This document shows, piece after piece, positions 10,959-21,405 of a DNA stretch of 54,884 bases. The stretch spans positions 1 to 54,884 of the forward strand of contig JBQMQE010000003.1 of NCBI GenBank assembly GCA_052172655.1, given 5' to 3'. The position numbers were made by a program, and so were the translations under genes. The notes under the pieces were generated by a model, which saw only the letters and a program-made list of their open reading frames with translations, was not told the origin of the DNA and did no database searches. Source of the DNA: Burkholderiales bacterium (GTDB taxonomy: Bacteria; Pseudomonadota; Gammaproteobacteria; Burkholderiales; SG8-39). How positions within the stretch are numbered: the stretch's first letter is position 1; the number at the start of each line of letters is the position of its first letter.

Positions 10959-11315
10959 CTACTCCCATTCCAGCGCCCCTTTCATCCATTCGTAAATGAA
11001 GCCGACAACGAGGATGCCGAGGAAAATCATCATGGAGAAGAAACCGAACAGCCCGATTTCATTGAGCACGATCGCCCAAGGAAACAGGAACGCGATCTCC
11101 AGGTCGAACAGGATGAACAAAATTGCGACCAGGTAATAGCGCACGTCGAACTTCATGCGCGCGTCTTCGAAGGCCTCGAAGCCGCATTCGTAGGGGGAAA
11201 GCTTTTCGCTGTCGGGACGGTGCGGTCCAAGCATCGCGCCCATCACGATCGGCCCGACGCCGACGGCGAAGCCGACGAAGATGAACAGCAGAACCGGAAA
11301 GTAATTTTCGAGCAC
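10959..11315 (-). CDS. nuoA: NADH-quinone oxidoreductase subunit A
   Basis: 118 aa, three TM segments, with SPYECGF...[24 protein letters not shown], typical of NuoA. First gene of the operon. Confidence 0.93.
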   Translation of the reverse strand: MLENYFPVLLFIFVGFAVGVGPIVMGAMLGPHRPDSEKLSPYECGFEAFEDARMKFDVRYYLVAILFILFDLEIAFLFPWAIVLNEIGLFGFFSMMIFLGILVVGFIYEWMKGALEWE

Positions 11316-11425
11316 GGATCGTTAGAACCTGGAGTCGATGATCAAAGGATTGATGTACGCCGTGTGTTCAATCATACAGGCAGGCGCCATGGTCTACCAT
11401 TGAACAATTTGTGGAGTTGACATAG

Positions 11426-11464
11426 ATCAAACGCTCTCTTCTTGTATCAAACGCTCTCTCTTGT
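11426..11464. promoter_or_regulatory. Tandem 20/19-bp direct repeat upstream of nuoA (candidate regulator site)
   Basis: atcaaacgctctcttcttgt immediately followed by atcaaacgctctctcttgt, 111-149 bp upstream of the nuoA ATG, in an AT-richer stretch between tRNA-Leu and nuoA. Confidence 0.4.
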
Positions 11465-11554
11465 TTGCCCTTCTTTCAATCTCGACTCGAACAAGACCGC
11501 AGGTCCATGGATTCCACAGGGCACCCACTCCAAACTCATCAATCCTAAACTGAC

Positions 11555-11639
11555 TGGTGCCGACGGCGAGACTCGAACTCGCACAGCTTTCGCCACTACC
11601 CCCTCAAGATAGCGTGTCTACCAATTTCACCACGTCGGC
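11555..11639 (-). tRNA. leuU: tRNA-Leu (anticodon GAG), type II with long variable arm, CCA encoded
   Basis: The reverse complement reads GCCGACGTGGTGAAATTGGTAGACACGCTATCTTGAGGGGGTAGTGGCGAAAGCTGTGCGAGTTCGAGTCTCGCCGTCGGCACCA. It folds with a 7-bp acceptor stem, anticodon stem CTATC/GGTAG with loop TTGAGGG, and T-arm GCGAG-TTCGAGT-CTCGC. secG followed by tRNA-Leu is the same arrangement as in E. coli. Confidence 0.92.
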
Positions 11640-11711
11640 AAGTCGGGTAACGGGGAAGGTGTGATAGGAAATGGGACAACGCCCGTTTACCTTCGCCCTT
11701 TCCCCATCGTT

Positions 11712-12098
11712 CTACTTCGGTGCGTCGTTTGCCTTCGACCCCGACGGCGCGCTTGCCGGTTTGGGTACATCGGCCGGTTTTGGCACTTCTTCCGCGGGCC
11801 TGAGCGCTGGCGCAGGCGGCGCGGTCACCCCCTGCATCACGCTAGTCCCCGTCTTGGGCTTATGCGTCGCCACGTAGGCCAGGCCGAGGCTGGTGAGAAA
11901 AAACACTGCTGCCAGTGCCGCCGTAGTGCGGGAAAGAAAGTTTGCTGAACCAGTGGAGCCGAACAGGCTGCCCGAAGAACCGCCGCCGAACGCTGCACCC
12001 ATGTCCGCGCCCTTGCCGTGCTGAAGCAGCACCAGAAAGATGATGCACAGCGCCACCAACACGTGTACCGTCAAAATCGAAGTCAACCAGATGTCCAT
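11712..12098 (-). CDS. secG: Preprotein translocase subunit SecG with Pro/Ala/Lys-rich C-terminal tail
   Basis: LVLLQHGKGADMGAAFGGGSSGSLFGSTGSANFLSRTTAALAAVFF is the SecG signature. About 50 extra low-complexity residues at the C-terminus. Confidence 0.9.
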   Translation of the reverse strand: MDIWLTSILTVHVLVALCIIFLVLLQHGKGADMGAAFGGGSSGSLFGSTGSANFLSRTTAALAAVFFLTSLGLAYVATHKPKTGTSVMQGVTAPPAPALRPAEEVPKPADVPKPASAPSGSKANDAPK

Positions 12099-12201
12099 TC
12101 CTCACTCGCTAAGACTCACCCGCCGCATGGCGGATGCCAAACATTCTGCACCAGCGATGACGCGTCGATTCACCAGATCGCATCCCTCTGCCCCACGCCG
12201 T

Positions 12202-12960
12202 TCATGCCTTGCCCGCCGCCGCGCAAATCGCGATGAATTCCTCCGCCACCAGCGCAGCACCGCCGATGAGTCCGCCGTCTATATCGGACATGGCGAACAG
12301 TTCCTTCGCATTGGCGGCCTTGACGCTGCCGCCATATACGATGCGCAAGCCAGCGGCCAGCTTGGCATCCTGCCTGCCGACGACCCCGCGTATGAACGCG
12401 TGCACCGCCTGCGCCTGCTGCGGCGTCGCGGTCCTGCCGGTACCGATAGCCCACACCGGTTCGTAGGCGATTACCGCGTTCGCCAGCGCGCCAACGCCGC
12501 TCGAATCGAGCACTGCTGCGAGTTGGCGCCCGACCACGATTTCCGTGACCGCGCTTTCGCGCTCCTGCAGGCTTTCACCCACGCACAGGATGGGAATCAG
12601 TCCCGCCCCCTGCGCCGCCTGAAACTTGGCCGCCACCTGCTTGTCGGTCTCGCCATACAGCGCCCGCCGCTCGGAGTGGCCGACGAGCACATGGCGGCAA
12701 CCGAAATCGCGCAGCATGCCGCCCGACACTTCGCCGGTGTATGCGCCCTGCGCATGTTCGCTCAGATTTTGCGCACCCCAGGCGATGGACGTGCCGGCCA
12801 GATCGTGTTCAACCTGCGCCAGATACGGGTAAGGCACACACACCGTATGCTGCACCCCAGCACTCGCCTGCAAGCCAGCCTTCAGGACTTCGAGCAAACG
12901 CCGATTGGCAGCCAGGCTGCCATTCATTTTCCAATTACCCGCGACCAGCCGGCTGCGCAT
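12202..12960 (-). CDS. tpiA: Triose-phosphate isomerase
   Basis: ORF 12202..12996 trimmed to the ATG at 12960 ([15 protein letters not shown]...). Contains [20 protein letters not shown] and YGGSVK motifs. Confidence 0.94.
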   Translation of the reverse strand: MRSRLVAGNWKMNGSLAANRRLLEVLKAGLQASAGVQHTVCVPYPYLAQVEHDLAGTSIAWGAQNLSEHAQGAYTGEVSGGMLRDFGCRHVLVGHSERRALYGETDKQVAAKFQAAQGAGLIPILCVGESLQERESAVTEIVVGRQLAAVLDSSGVGALANAVIAYEPVWAIGTGRTATPQQAQAVHAFIRGVVGRQDAKLAAGLRIVYGGSVKAANAKELFAMSDIDGGLIGGAALVAEEFIAICAAAGKA

Positions 12961-13111
12961 TGCCTTGATTCCCAGGAAGCCGCCGTTAAGCGTCAAAACC
13001 AGTGGATTTTACAGGGTTTAGGCAAAGCCGGTCAATCAAATGCAGCCTCTGGCAGCGTAGCGGCGGACCGATTACAAACACAAACGCGGTGGGTGGCTTG
13101 GCGCTCCCGCG

Positions 13112-13360
13112 TCAATCTCCAGGTGTGACAATCTGAATGTGATCGAGGCTCACGTTGATGAATGGGGCGTTGAGAACATGACGGTTGCCCAGTTCCCATA
13201 CCTCGGCATCCGTAACTGCGATAAAGTCCTTCGACTCTACCAGGTAGTCCGTCACCCTGGCGCCGGGCAGCAGGTCGATATAACCCGTGACGCGGTAAGT
13301 ACCGGTCAAAATGGTCACCTTCGTCTTGTTTTCGTCCGTAGTCATAGATATACGCTCCAT
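13112..13360 (-). CDS. Small conserved-looking hypothetical protein (82 aa, beta-rich)
   Basis: Isolated ORF with ordinary composition (MTTDENKTKVTILTGTYRVTGYIDLLPGARVTDYLVESKDFIAVTDAEVWEL...). An alternative ATG exists at 13345. I recognise no family with certainty. Confidence 0.5.
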   Translation of the reverse strand: MERISMTTDENKTKVTILTGTYRVTGYIDLLPGARVTDYLVESKDFIAVTDAEVWELGNRHVLNAPFINVSLDHIQIVTPGD

Positions 13361-13578
13361 GGCTCATCTGCACTGTCGCTTGGTTGCAGCGCGCAACGCG
13401 TGATCTGTACGGCCGCGATGCCGCTACCCGAACGAGGTATTTTGCGCCTGTCGCCGCGCTCGTTCAATAGCGCGTCGCGAGGCAGCGCCCGCCTTACAGG
13501 CTGTAACAAGACGAGGGGATATCTCGCCTCGCGCTCCCCGAAGTCAGACCGTAACAAAAAGACTTTCGTTACGTGTTC

Positions 13579-15747
13579 TTACAGTCCTGCGCCGCAGAGC
13601 AAGCGCCCATGATCGGAGCCACTCGCCATCAGCGCGGCAAACTCCTGCGGCGGCACCGCCGGGCTGAAAAGATAACCCTGGAAGCACTCGCAGCCTTTGC
13701 CCCGCAGAAACTCCAGTTGCAGCGGCGTTTCCACCCCCTCCGCAATCAGTTCGAGCTTGAGACTGTGTCCCATGGCGATGATCGCCGTGGCGAGCGCCAC
13801 CGCGTCCTCATCGTACGGCAGGTCGCACACGAAGGAGCGGTCGATCTTGAGCGCGTGCAGCGGAAAGCGGCGCAGATAACTGAGAGAAGAGTAGCCAGTG
13901 CCGAAATCGTCGATCGACAGGGCGACACCCAAGTCACGTAGGCCCATGAACAGGGCTAGTGTTGCTTCCAGGTCGTGTGCGAACACGCTTTCGGTCAGCT
14001 CCAGGCCCAGGCAGTGCGGGTCCAGACCGGCGCCTTCGAGAGCGCTTGCGACCGCGTGCGCGAGGTTCGCGCGCTGCAGGTAAGCGGCGGACACGTTCAC
14101 CGCGACGTGCACCGGATCGAAGCTGGCGAGCTGCCAGGCGCGCGCCTGCCGGCAAGCCTCGCGCAGCACCCAGTCGCTCAGCGGAACGATCAGCCCGGTC
14201 TCCTCCGCGAGCGGGATGAATTCGTTCGGCGGGACGATACCCCGATTCGGGTCGCGCCAGCGCAGCAGCGCCTCGGCGCCAACGATTCTGGCGTCCGCGA
14301 TGCGTACGATTGGCTGGTAATGCAGAATGAACTCCTCGCGCTCGATGGCTTTGCGCAAACTCGCTTCGAGCGCCAGTTTCTGGAACGTCGCGGCTCCAAT
14401 GGAGTGGCTGTAATACTGATAGTTGTTGCGGCCGTGCTCTTTTGCGTGAAACATCGCCGCATCGGCGTGGCGCAGCAGCGTTTCGACGTCGCTGCCGTCG
14501 TCCGGGCACATGGCGATGCCGATGCTCGCACTGGTGACGATTTCTTGCGCGCCGACCACGAAAGGCTGCGCAAGCAAAGCGAGCAGGCGCCGCGCAATCA
14601 AGGCCGCGTCGCTGTCTTGCCTAAGGTCGGCGAGGAATAGCGTGAATTCGTCCCCCCCGTGGCGACCGACCAGCCTTGCCTGGCTGTCGGCATCGAGGAA
14701 CTGCTCCTCGTGGTCTCGGCCGGTAATGTCGCCTTGGCGCAGGCAACGCTTTATGCGCTCCCCCACCGAGGCGAGAATCTGGTCGCCGACCGAATGACCA
14801 AGGGTATCGTTGACGCGCTTGAAGTTGTCAATGTCCAGGAACATGACCGCGAGCTTGCCGCTCGCCCGCGGCGCGCGCAGCACCGCGCGCGCAAGCTGCT
14901 CGCAAAACAGCGTGCGGTTTGGAAGCTTGGTCAGGCTGTCGTAGTAGGCGAGATAGCGGATCCGGTCCTGCGAGAGATAGCGCTCGGTGACATCCTGCAC
15001 CGTACCGGCCCAGCCCAGCTCCGCGTCGCCGGTGTCGCGCACCATCTCGGCTTGGAACTGGAGCCAGCGCACAGCCGCATCGGGCGGCACGATGCGAAAG
15101 TCGAGACACAGGGGCTGGCCCGAGGCGACGGCCTGCCGTACTGCGTCGACCACCTGCTCGCGGTCTTCCGGGTGCACCAGCCGGATGGCGCTATCGCCGC
15201 CCCCGTCCAGGCCCGCGCCGCGCAGATGGAGCACGTCGAGCGTCTCCTCGGAAACAGTGAAGCGCTGCACATCGGCACGCCATTCCCAGTTCCCCATGCG
15301 CGCAATGCGCTGGGCGGAGGCGAGCCGCTGGCGGCTTTCCGTCAGATTCACGAACGCGCGGCTCGCGCGCAGCATGTAGCGCACGCGGTGCGCGAGCAGT
15401 CCCCAGTTGTTGGATTTGCTCAGGAAGTCGGTCGCCCCGGCCTCGTAGGCTCTCTGAATGGACTGCAGGTCCTCGTGGCCGGTGAGCATCAGCACCGGCA
15501 GGTCGGCGCCCCCGGGGCGGCGGCGCAACTCGCGGCAGCACTCGTATCCGTCCATGCCCGGCATGTTCACATCGAGCAGCACGATGTCGGGCCGGCGCGC
15601 CGCAAAACCGGCCAGCGCTTCTTCCGCGTCCGCAGCCTGCTGAACCTGCAATCCCTCGTCGGTAAGCGAGATCTCGATCAGCAAGCGTGCCGCCTCATCG
15701 TCATCGACTATCAATACCAGCGGCAGGTTCTCGCGCACGTCGTTCAT
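13579..15747 (-). CDS. Response-regulator receiver / PAS / GGDEF / EAL c-di-GMP turnover protein
   Basis: REC (LVLIVDDDEAARLL...VLLDVNMPGMDG), a PAS region, GGDEF (RHGGDEFTLFLAD) and EAL (GAEALLRWRD...DDFGTGYSSLSYL). Start set at the ATG at 15747 (MNDVRENLP). The ORF remains open with GC3-rich codons up to the ATG at 15975. Confidence 0.9.
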   Translation of the reverse strand: MNDVRENLPLVLIVDDDEAARLLIEISLTDEGLQVQQAADAEEALAGFAARRPDIVLLDVNMPGMDGYECCRELRRRPGGADLPVLMLTGHEDLQSIQRAYEAGATDFLSKSNNWGLLAHRVRYMLRASRAFVNLTESRQRLASAQRIARMGNWEWRADVQRFTVSEETLDVLHLRGAGLDGGGDSAIRLVHPEDREQVVDAVRQAVASGQPLCLDFRIVPPDAAVRWLQFQAEMVRDTGDAELGWAGTVQDVTERYLSQDRIRYLAYYDSLTKLPNRTLFCEQLARAVLRAPRASGKLAVMFLDIDNFKRVNDTLGHSVGDQILASVGERIKRCLRQGDITGRDHEEQFLDADSQARLVGRHGGDEFTLFLADLRQDSDAALIARRLLALLAQPFVVGAQEIVTSASIGIAMCPDDGSDVETLLRHADAAMFHAKEHGRNNYQYYSHSIGAATFQKLALEASLRKAIEREEFILHYQPIVRIADARIVGAEALLRWRDPNRGIVPPNEFIPLAEETGLIVPLSDWVLREACRQARAWQLASFDPVHVAVNVSAAYLQRANLAHAVASALEGAGLDPHCLGLELTESVFAHDLEATLALFMGLRDLGVALSIDDFGTGYSSLSYLRRFPLHALKIDRSFVCDLPYDEDAVALATAIIAMGHSLKLELIAEGVETPLQLEFLRGKGCECFQGYLFSPAVPPQEFAALMASGSDHGRLLCGAGL

Positions 15748-16205
15748 GCCGGCCCTGCGTCCAGTTGCGCCCGTTCTAGCCCTGCCGCGTCGGCGCGTGC
15801 GCTCGAGATAAATGCCGAACACGTGCGGGACCACTGCGCGGGTTGCGTCCAGGTCCAGGGCGCGCACGGCGCACGCATCCCACGGCGCGCTAGCGCGACA
15901 GGCGGTGAGAAGCTGGCGGTGCCGGACATGGGCGTGTTTTCCCGTGCCGCCACCACGCAGTGCGGCGGCGGACATATTTTTGCTCTACCGCTTCTTATCG
16001 GCAACCGCCGCGCAATCTTGAACCCGGCACCGCCGATCGGGCATTTGGCCGTCTTGGCTGCGGCGCCAAGCGCGCAATTCATCGGTACCGCGATCTGGGG
16101 TATATTGGGAATCCTTTGAATAATAAGGAAGTTGTCTCCAGACAGTGCAAACTTTCCGCAGTGCCGCCGCACGGCGCCACCGGACTGAGTTATCGGGAGC
16201 AAGCG

Positions 16206-17324
16206 ATGCTTATCGGAGTGCCCAGGGAAATCAAATGCCAGGAATACCGCGTCGGCCTCACGCCGGCGAGCGTGCGCGAGCTCACCGCGCGCGGCCACCA
16301 GGTTGTGCTTGAGCACGATGCCGGGGCCGGCATCAACACGGCCGACAGCGTTTACCAGGCAGCCGGTGCGAGCATAGTCAGCGCCGCCGAAGAAGTCTAC
16401 GCGCGCGCCGAAATGATCGTAAAAGTGAAGGAGCCGCAGGCAACGGAGCGCGGGCGCCTCAAGCCGGGGCAGATTCTATTCACCTATCTGCATCTGGCGC
16501 CGGATCCGGAGCAGGCCAGGGACTTGGTGCAAAGCGGCGCAATCTGCATCGCCTACGAAACGGTTACCGCGCCCGGCGGCGGACTGCCCTTGCTCGCCCC
16601 AATGTCCGAAGTCGCCGGGCGCATGTCGATACAGGCCGGCGCGCACAACCTGGAAAAAACCCAGGGAGGGATGGGCATCCTGCTCGGCGGAGTACCGGGC
16701 GTGCCGCCTGCGAAAATCGTCATCCTCGGCGCCGGCGTGGTCGGCTCGAATGCCGCGCAGATGGCAGCCGGCAGCGGCGCCCAGGTGGTGGTGCTGGACA
16801 GCAATATCGACGCGCTGCGGCGCATCGAAACCCGATTCGGCGCGCGCACGACTACGGTGTTCTCCAACCGCGACAACATCGAGCGCCATGTGCTGTCGGC
16901 CGACCTGGTGATCGGCGGCGTGCTGATTCCCGGCGCTGCGGCGCCGAAGCTGGTGTCGCGGCAGATGGTGCGCGCGATGAAGCCCGGGGCCGTGGTGGTG
17001 GACGTCGCCATAGACCAGGGCGGCTGCTTCGAGACCTCGCGTCCGACCACGCATGCCGAGCCGACCTATGTCGTCGACCGCGTGGTGCACTATTGCGTCG
17101 CCAACATGCCGGGCGGGGTGCCGCGTACTTCGACCCTTGCACTCAACAACGCAACCCTGCCCTATGTGCTCATGCTCGCCGACAAGGGCTACCGGCAGGC
17201 GTTGCAGGACGCCCCTCACCTGCGCGCGGGACTCAACGTATGCCGGGGCAAGGTCACCTGCCGCGAGGTCGCCGCAGCCCTGGATTACCCCTACCATGAT
17301 CCGCTGCACGTTCTGGCCGCCTGA
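16206..17324 (+). CDS. ald: Alanine dehydrogenase
   Basis: ORF trimmed to the ATG at 16206 (MLIGVPREIKCQEYRVGLTPASVRELTARGHQV). Has the NAD fold ILGAGVVGSNAAQMA and a C-terminal HYCVANMPG motif. Confidence 0.93.
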   Translation: MLIGVPREIKCQEYRVGLTPASVRELTARGHQVVLEHDAGAGINTADSVYQAAGASIVSAAEEVYARAEMIVKVKEPQATERGRLKPGQILFTYLHLAPDPEQARDLVQSGAICIAYETVTAPGGGLPLLAPMSEVAGRMSIQAGAHNLEKTQGGMGILLGGVPGVPPAKIVILGAGVVGSNAAQMAAGSGAQVVVLDSNIDALRRIETRFGARTTTVFSNRDNIERHVLSADLVIGGVLIPGAAAPKLVSRQMVRAMKPGAVVVDVAIDQGGCFETSRPTTHAEPTYVVDRVVHYCVANMPGGVPRTSTLALNNATLPYVLMLADKGYRQALQDAPHLRAGLNVCRGKVTCREVAAALDYPYHDPLHVLAA

Positions 17325-17366
17325 GGGCGCCGGCCGTAACACGCACGCCAGCCCTTGCATTTGAAC

Positions 17367-17384
17367 GCGTCATATTCATGTAAC
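17367..17384 (+). promoter_or_regulatory. Candidate Pho box upstream of pstS
   Basis: gcGTCATattcATGTAAC resembles two 7-bp CTGTCAT-type half sites separated by 4 AT-rich nt. It lies about 75 bp upstream of the pstS ATG. The match is partial (about 9 of 14 core positions). Confidence 0.3.
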
Positions 17385-17458
17385 AAAGCGGCCATAGGAT
17401 GACGACCTGGACCTGTGACCAGAGCAGCAATGCGAAAATCCTTTCTGGAGACTTTGTC

Positions 17459-18517
17459 ATGAAGCGTGTTCATCGTATGTTCACCCCGGCGCTATTGGCG
17501 CTGGGGATCTGCGCCGCATCGGCGGCCACGGCCGCGAATATCACCGGCGCCGGCGCGACCTTCCCCTACCCGGTCTACGCCAAATGGGCCGAGGCCTACA
17601 AGGCCAAGACCGGCACCAGCATGAATTACCAATCGATCGGTTCGGGCGGCGGCATCAAGCAGATCAAGGCCAAGACCGTCGATTTCGGCGCCTCCGACGC
17701 TCCGCTGAAGCTGGAAGAGCTGGAAAAGGAAGGCCTGGTGCAGTTCCCCGCGGTGATGGGCGGCGTGGTGCCGGTGGTCAACATCAAGGGTATAAAGCCC
17801 GGCGAAATGAAGCTTTCCGCCAAGACCCTGGCCGACATCTATCTCGGCAAGATCAAGAAATGGAGCGACCCGGCGATTGGCGCGCTCAACAAGGGCTTGA
17901 AGCTGCCGGATTCCGACATCACGGTGGTGAACCGCTCGGACGGCTCCGGCACCACCTTCATTTTCACCAACTACCTGTCCAAGGTCAGCCCGGAGTGGAA
18001 GGACAAAGTCGGCAACGCCACCTCGGTAGCTTGGCCCGCCCCCACAGGCACCGGCGGCAAGGGCAACGAAGGTGTCGCCTCGTTCGTGCAGCGCCTCAAG
18101 GGCGCGATTGGCTATGTCGAGTACGCTTATGCCAAACAGAACAAATTGACTTACGCACTGCTGCAGAACCGGGAAGGCAATTTCGTCAGGCCCGACGACA
18201 AGAGCTTCCAGGCCGCGGCCGCAGGCGCAGACTGGAAGAACGCGCCCGGCTTCTACGAGATCCTGACCGACGAGCCGGGCAAAGACAGTTGGCCCATCAC
18301 CGGCGCCACCTTTATTCTGATGCACAAGAGCCAGGCCAATGCCGCCGTTGCCAAGGAAGTACTCAAATTCTTCGACTGGGCCTACAAGGACGGCGACAAG
18401 CTGGCGCTCGACCTCGACTACATTCCCATGCCCGACGCGGTGGTGAAGCTGGTCCAGACGGAATGGAAAAGCAAGATCAAGGACGCGAGCGGCAAGCCGA
18501 TCTGGCAAGGCTTGTGA
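17459..18517 (+). CDS. pstS: Phosphate ABC transporter substrate-binding protein
   Basis: Trimmed to the ATG at 17459 ([25 protein letters not shown] signal peptide). [17 protein letters not shown]...[12 protein letters not shown] is the PstS signature. Confidence 0.94.
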   Translation: MKRVHRMFTPALLALGICAASAATAANITGAGATFPYPVYAKWAEAYKAKTGTSMNYQSIGSGGGIKQIKAKTVDFGASDAPLKLEELEKEGLVQFPAVMGGVVPVVNIKGIKPGEMKLSAKTLADIYLGKIKKWSDPAIGALNKGLKLPDSDITVVNRSDGSGTTFIFTNYLSKVSPEWKDKVGNATSVAWPAPTGTGGKGNEGVASFVQRLKGAIGYVEYAYAKQNKLTYALLQNREGNFVRPDDKSFQAAAAGADWKNAPGFYEILTDEPGKDSWPITGATFILMHKSQANAAVAKEVLKFFDWAYKDGDKLALDLDYIPMPDAVVKLVQTEWKSKIKDASGKPIWQGL

Positions 18518-18541
18518 CAAGGGCTGCCCGGGGAAGCTAGA

Positions 18542-19561
18542 ATGGACGCCGTTGTCAGCACGGTCGAGGCGCCGCAGGGGGCCTCCCTTCCCCAACGCAT
18601 GTTGCAAAGCATCCCGGAAACACTGCTCAGGCGGCAGCATCTGTATGACCTGGCGTTTCGCAACGTCACGCGCCTGTTCGCCGCGCTGGTGCTGGCATTG
18701 CTGCTCGGGATCCTGATCACGCTGCTGATCGGCAGTTGGCCCGCGATCAAGGCATTTGGCCCGGGATTCCTGGTCAGCGCAGAATGGAATCCGGTGACCC
18801 AGAAATTCGGTGCGCTGGTGCCGATTTTCGGCACCCTGGTCACCTCTTTCGTCGCGCTCCTGGTCGGCATCCCGGTCAGCTTCGGCATCGCGGTGTTTCT
18901 GACCGAGCTGTCGCCGCTGTGGCTGCGCCGCCCCATCGGCACCGCCATCGAGCTGCTCGCAGCGATCCCCAGCATCATTTACGGCATGTGGGGCCTGTTC
19001 GTCTTCGCTCCAATCTTCGCCGACCAGGTGCAACCTTGGATGATCGACTACCTCGGGCCGGTCTGGTTCATCGGTCCGCTGTTCAAGGGTGCGCCGCAAG
19101 GCATAGGCATACTCACCGCGGGACTCATACTCGCGATCATGGTGATACCCTTCATCGCCTCGGTCATGCGCGACGTATTCGAACTGGTCCCGCCGATGCT
19201 GAAGGAATCGGCCTATGCAGTCGGCGCGACGACCTGGGAAGTGGTGTGGAACGTGGTACTGCCGTACACCAAGATCGGCGTGGTTGGCGGCGTTCTGCTG
19301 GGCCTGGGCCGCGCCCTGGGCGAAACCATGGCCGTGACCTTCGTCATCGGCAATGCACACAGGATGGGCACCTCCCTGTTTGCCCCGGGCACCAGCATCG
19401 CCTCCGCCCTCGCTAACGAGTTCACCGAGGCGGTCGGCGACCTGTATACCTCGGCGCTGGTAGAACTTGGACTGATCCTGTTCCTGATCACCTTCGTGGT
19501 CCTGGCCCTATCCAAAATCCTGCTGCTGCAACTCGCCAAACGCGAGGGTACGCGGACCTGA
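18542..19561 (+). CDS. pstC: Phosphate ABC transporter permease PstC
   Basis: 339-aa multi-TM protein with the EAA-type loop [20 protein letters not shown] and the NEF...TSALVELG tail typical of PstC. Follows pstS. Confidence 0.93.
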   Translation: MDAVVSTVEAPQGASLPQRMLQSIPETLLRRQHLYDLAFRNVTRLFAALVLALLLGILITLLIGSWPAIKAFGPGFLVSAEWNPVTQKFGALVPIFGTLVTSFVALLVGIPVSFGIAVFLTELSPLWLRRPIGTAIELLAAIPSIIYGMWGLFVFAPIFADQVQPWMIDYLGPVWFIGPLFKGAPQGIGILTAGLILAIMVIPFIASVMRDVFELVPPMLKESAYAVGATTWEVVWNVVLPYTKIGVVGGVLLGLGRALGETMAVTFVIGNAHRMGTSLFAPGTSIASALANEFTEAVGDLYTSALVELGLILFLITFVVLALSKILLLQLAKREGTRT

Positions 19562-19567
19562 TTCTGC

Positions 19568-20419
19568 ATGAACACAACAGCGCTCTATCGCCGCCGACGC
19601 GTCGTCAATTTCATCAACCTCGGCATTTCCATGCTGGCGGTGCTGTTCGGCCTGTTCTGGCTGGTATGGATACTATGGACCCTGTTCGCCCAGGGCTTGA
19701 GCGCCATCAGTCTCTCCATGTTCACCCAGAGCACGCCGCCCCCGGGGAGCGCGGGCGGCCTCGCCAACGCCATCTTCGGCAGCCTGCTGATGTCGCTGCT
19801 CGCGACCCTGATAGGCACGCCGATCGGCATCCTCGCCGGCACTTACGTGACCGAATACGGCCGGCGCGGCTGGCTCGGGCCGGTAACGCGCTTCATCAAC
19901 GATATCCTGCTGAGCGCGCCGTCCATCGTCATCGGTCTGTTCGTATATGCAGTCTATGTCGCCAACGTCAGGCATTTTTCCGGCTGGGCCGGCACCTTCG
20001 CGCTGGCGCTGATCGTCATACCCGTAGTGCTCAAAACCACGGAAAACATGCTGCGCCTGGTGCCCGACACCATGCGCGAGGCCGCTGCCGCACTCGGCGC
20101 GCCGCAATGGATCGTCATATCGTTCGTGACCCTGCGCGCAGCGCGCGCCGGTATCATCACCGGGATACTGCTGGCGGTCGCCCGCATCAGCGGCGAGACC
20201 GCGCCTTTGCTGTTCACGGCGCTCAACAACCAGTTCTGGTCCGCCGACATGAACGCGCCCATGGCCAATCTGCCGGTGGTCATATTCCAGTTCGCCATGA
20301 GTCCGTACCAGGACTGGGAGACGCTCGCCTGGGGCGGCGCCCTGCTGATCACACTGACCGTATTGACGCTGAATATCCTTGCGCGCGTCGTATTCGCGCA
20401 GAAGTCCTCGAACACCTGA
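19568..20419 (+). CDS. pstA: Phosphate ABC transporter permease PstA
   Basis: 283 aa with [30 protein letters not shown]...[12 protein letters not shown], the PstA signature. Confidence 0.93.
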   Translation: MNTTALYRRRRVVNFINLGISMLAVLFGLFWLVWILWTLFAQGLSAISLSMFTQSTPPPGSAGGLANAIFGSLLMSLLATLIGTPIGILAGTYVTEYGRRGWLGPVTRFINDILLSAPSIVIGLFVYAVYVANVRHFSGWAGTFALALIVIPVVLKTTENMLRLVPDTMREAAAALGAPQWIVISFVTLRAARAGIITGILLAVARISGETAPLLFTALNNQFWSADMNAPMANLPVVIFQFAMSPYQDWETLAWGGALLITLTVLTLNILARVVFAQKSSNT

Positions 20420-20443
20420 CCGGGTCGACACGCACGCAAAAAT

Positions 20444-21226
<783 letters not shown>

Positions 21227-21405
21227 TCGGCAAGGTGATATAGCGGCGAAGGTTATATGCGGCGCTTTCACTACCGTCGCATGCGATGAGCGGACTTGCG
21301 CGCTACGTGCGCCAAATCGCGACTCCGCTACAACGGGGGCGCAAATTAAGTTGCCACGGATGGATTTGGCTTTGCCATCCAGGTTTCGCATATACGCTTG
21401 CCGGC

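Noticed and set aside
17492-19360. Large antisense or out-of-frame ORFs throughout. Examples: 17492..19360 (-), 27457..29712 (+), 36808..38376 (-), 41098..42486 (-), 43078..44136 (+), 50886..52631 (-), 14659..16119 (+), 6347..7795 (+).
   Set aside because: Each overlaps a gene with unmistakable family motifs in another frame or on the other strand. Arg/Ala/Gly/Pro-rich low-complexity translations are the usual high-GC artefact.
21227-21405. 179-bp convergent spacer between pstB and glmM, examined for phoU remnants, small genes or terminators.
   Set aside because: Only a weak 6-bp hairpin (ggatgg...ccatcc) is present, along with an implausible 90-aa Arg/Pro/Ala-rich ORF. Nothing there can be supported.
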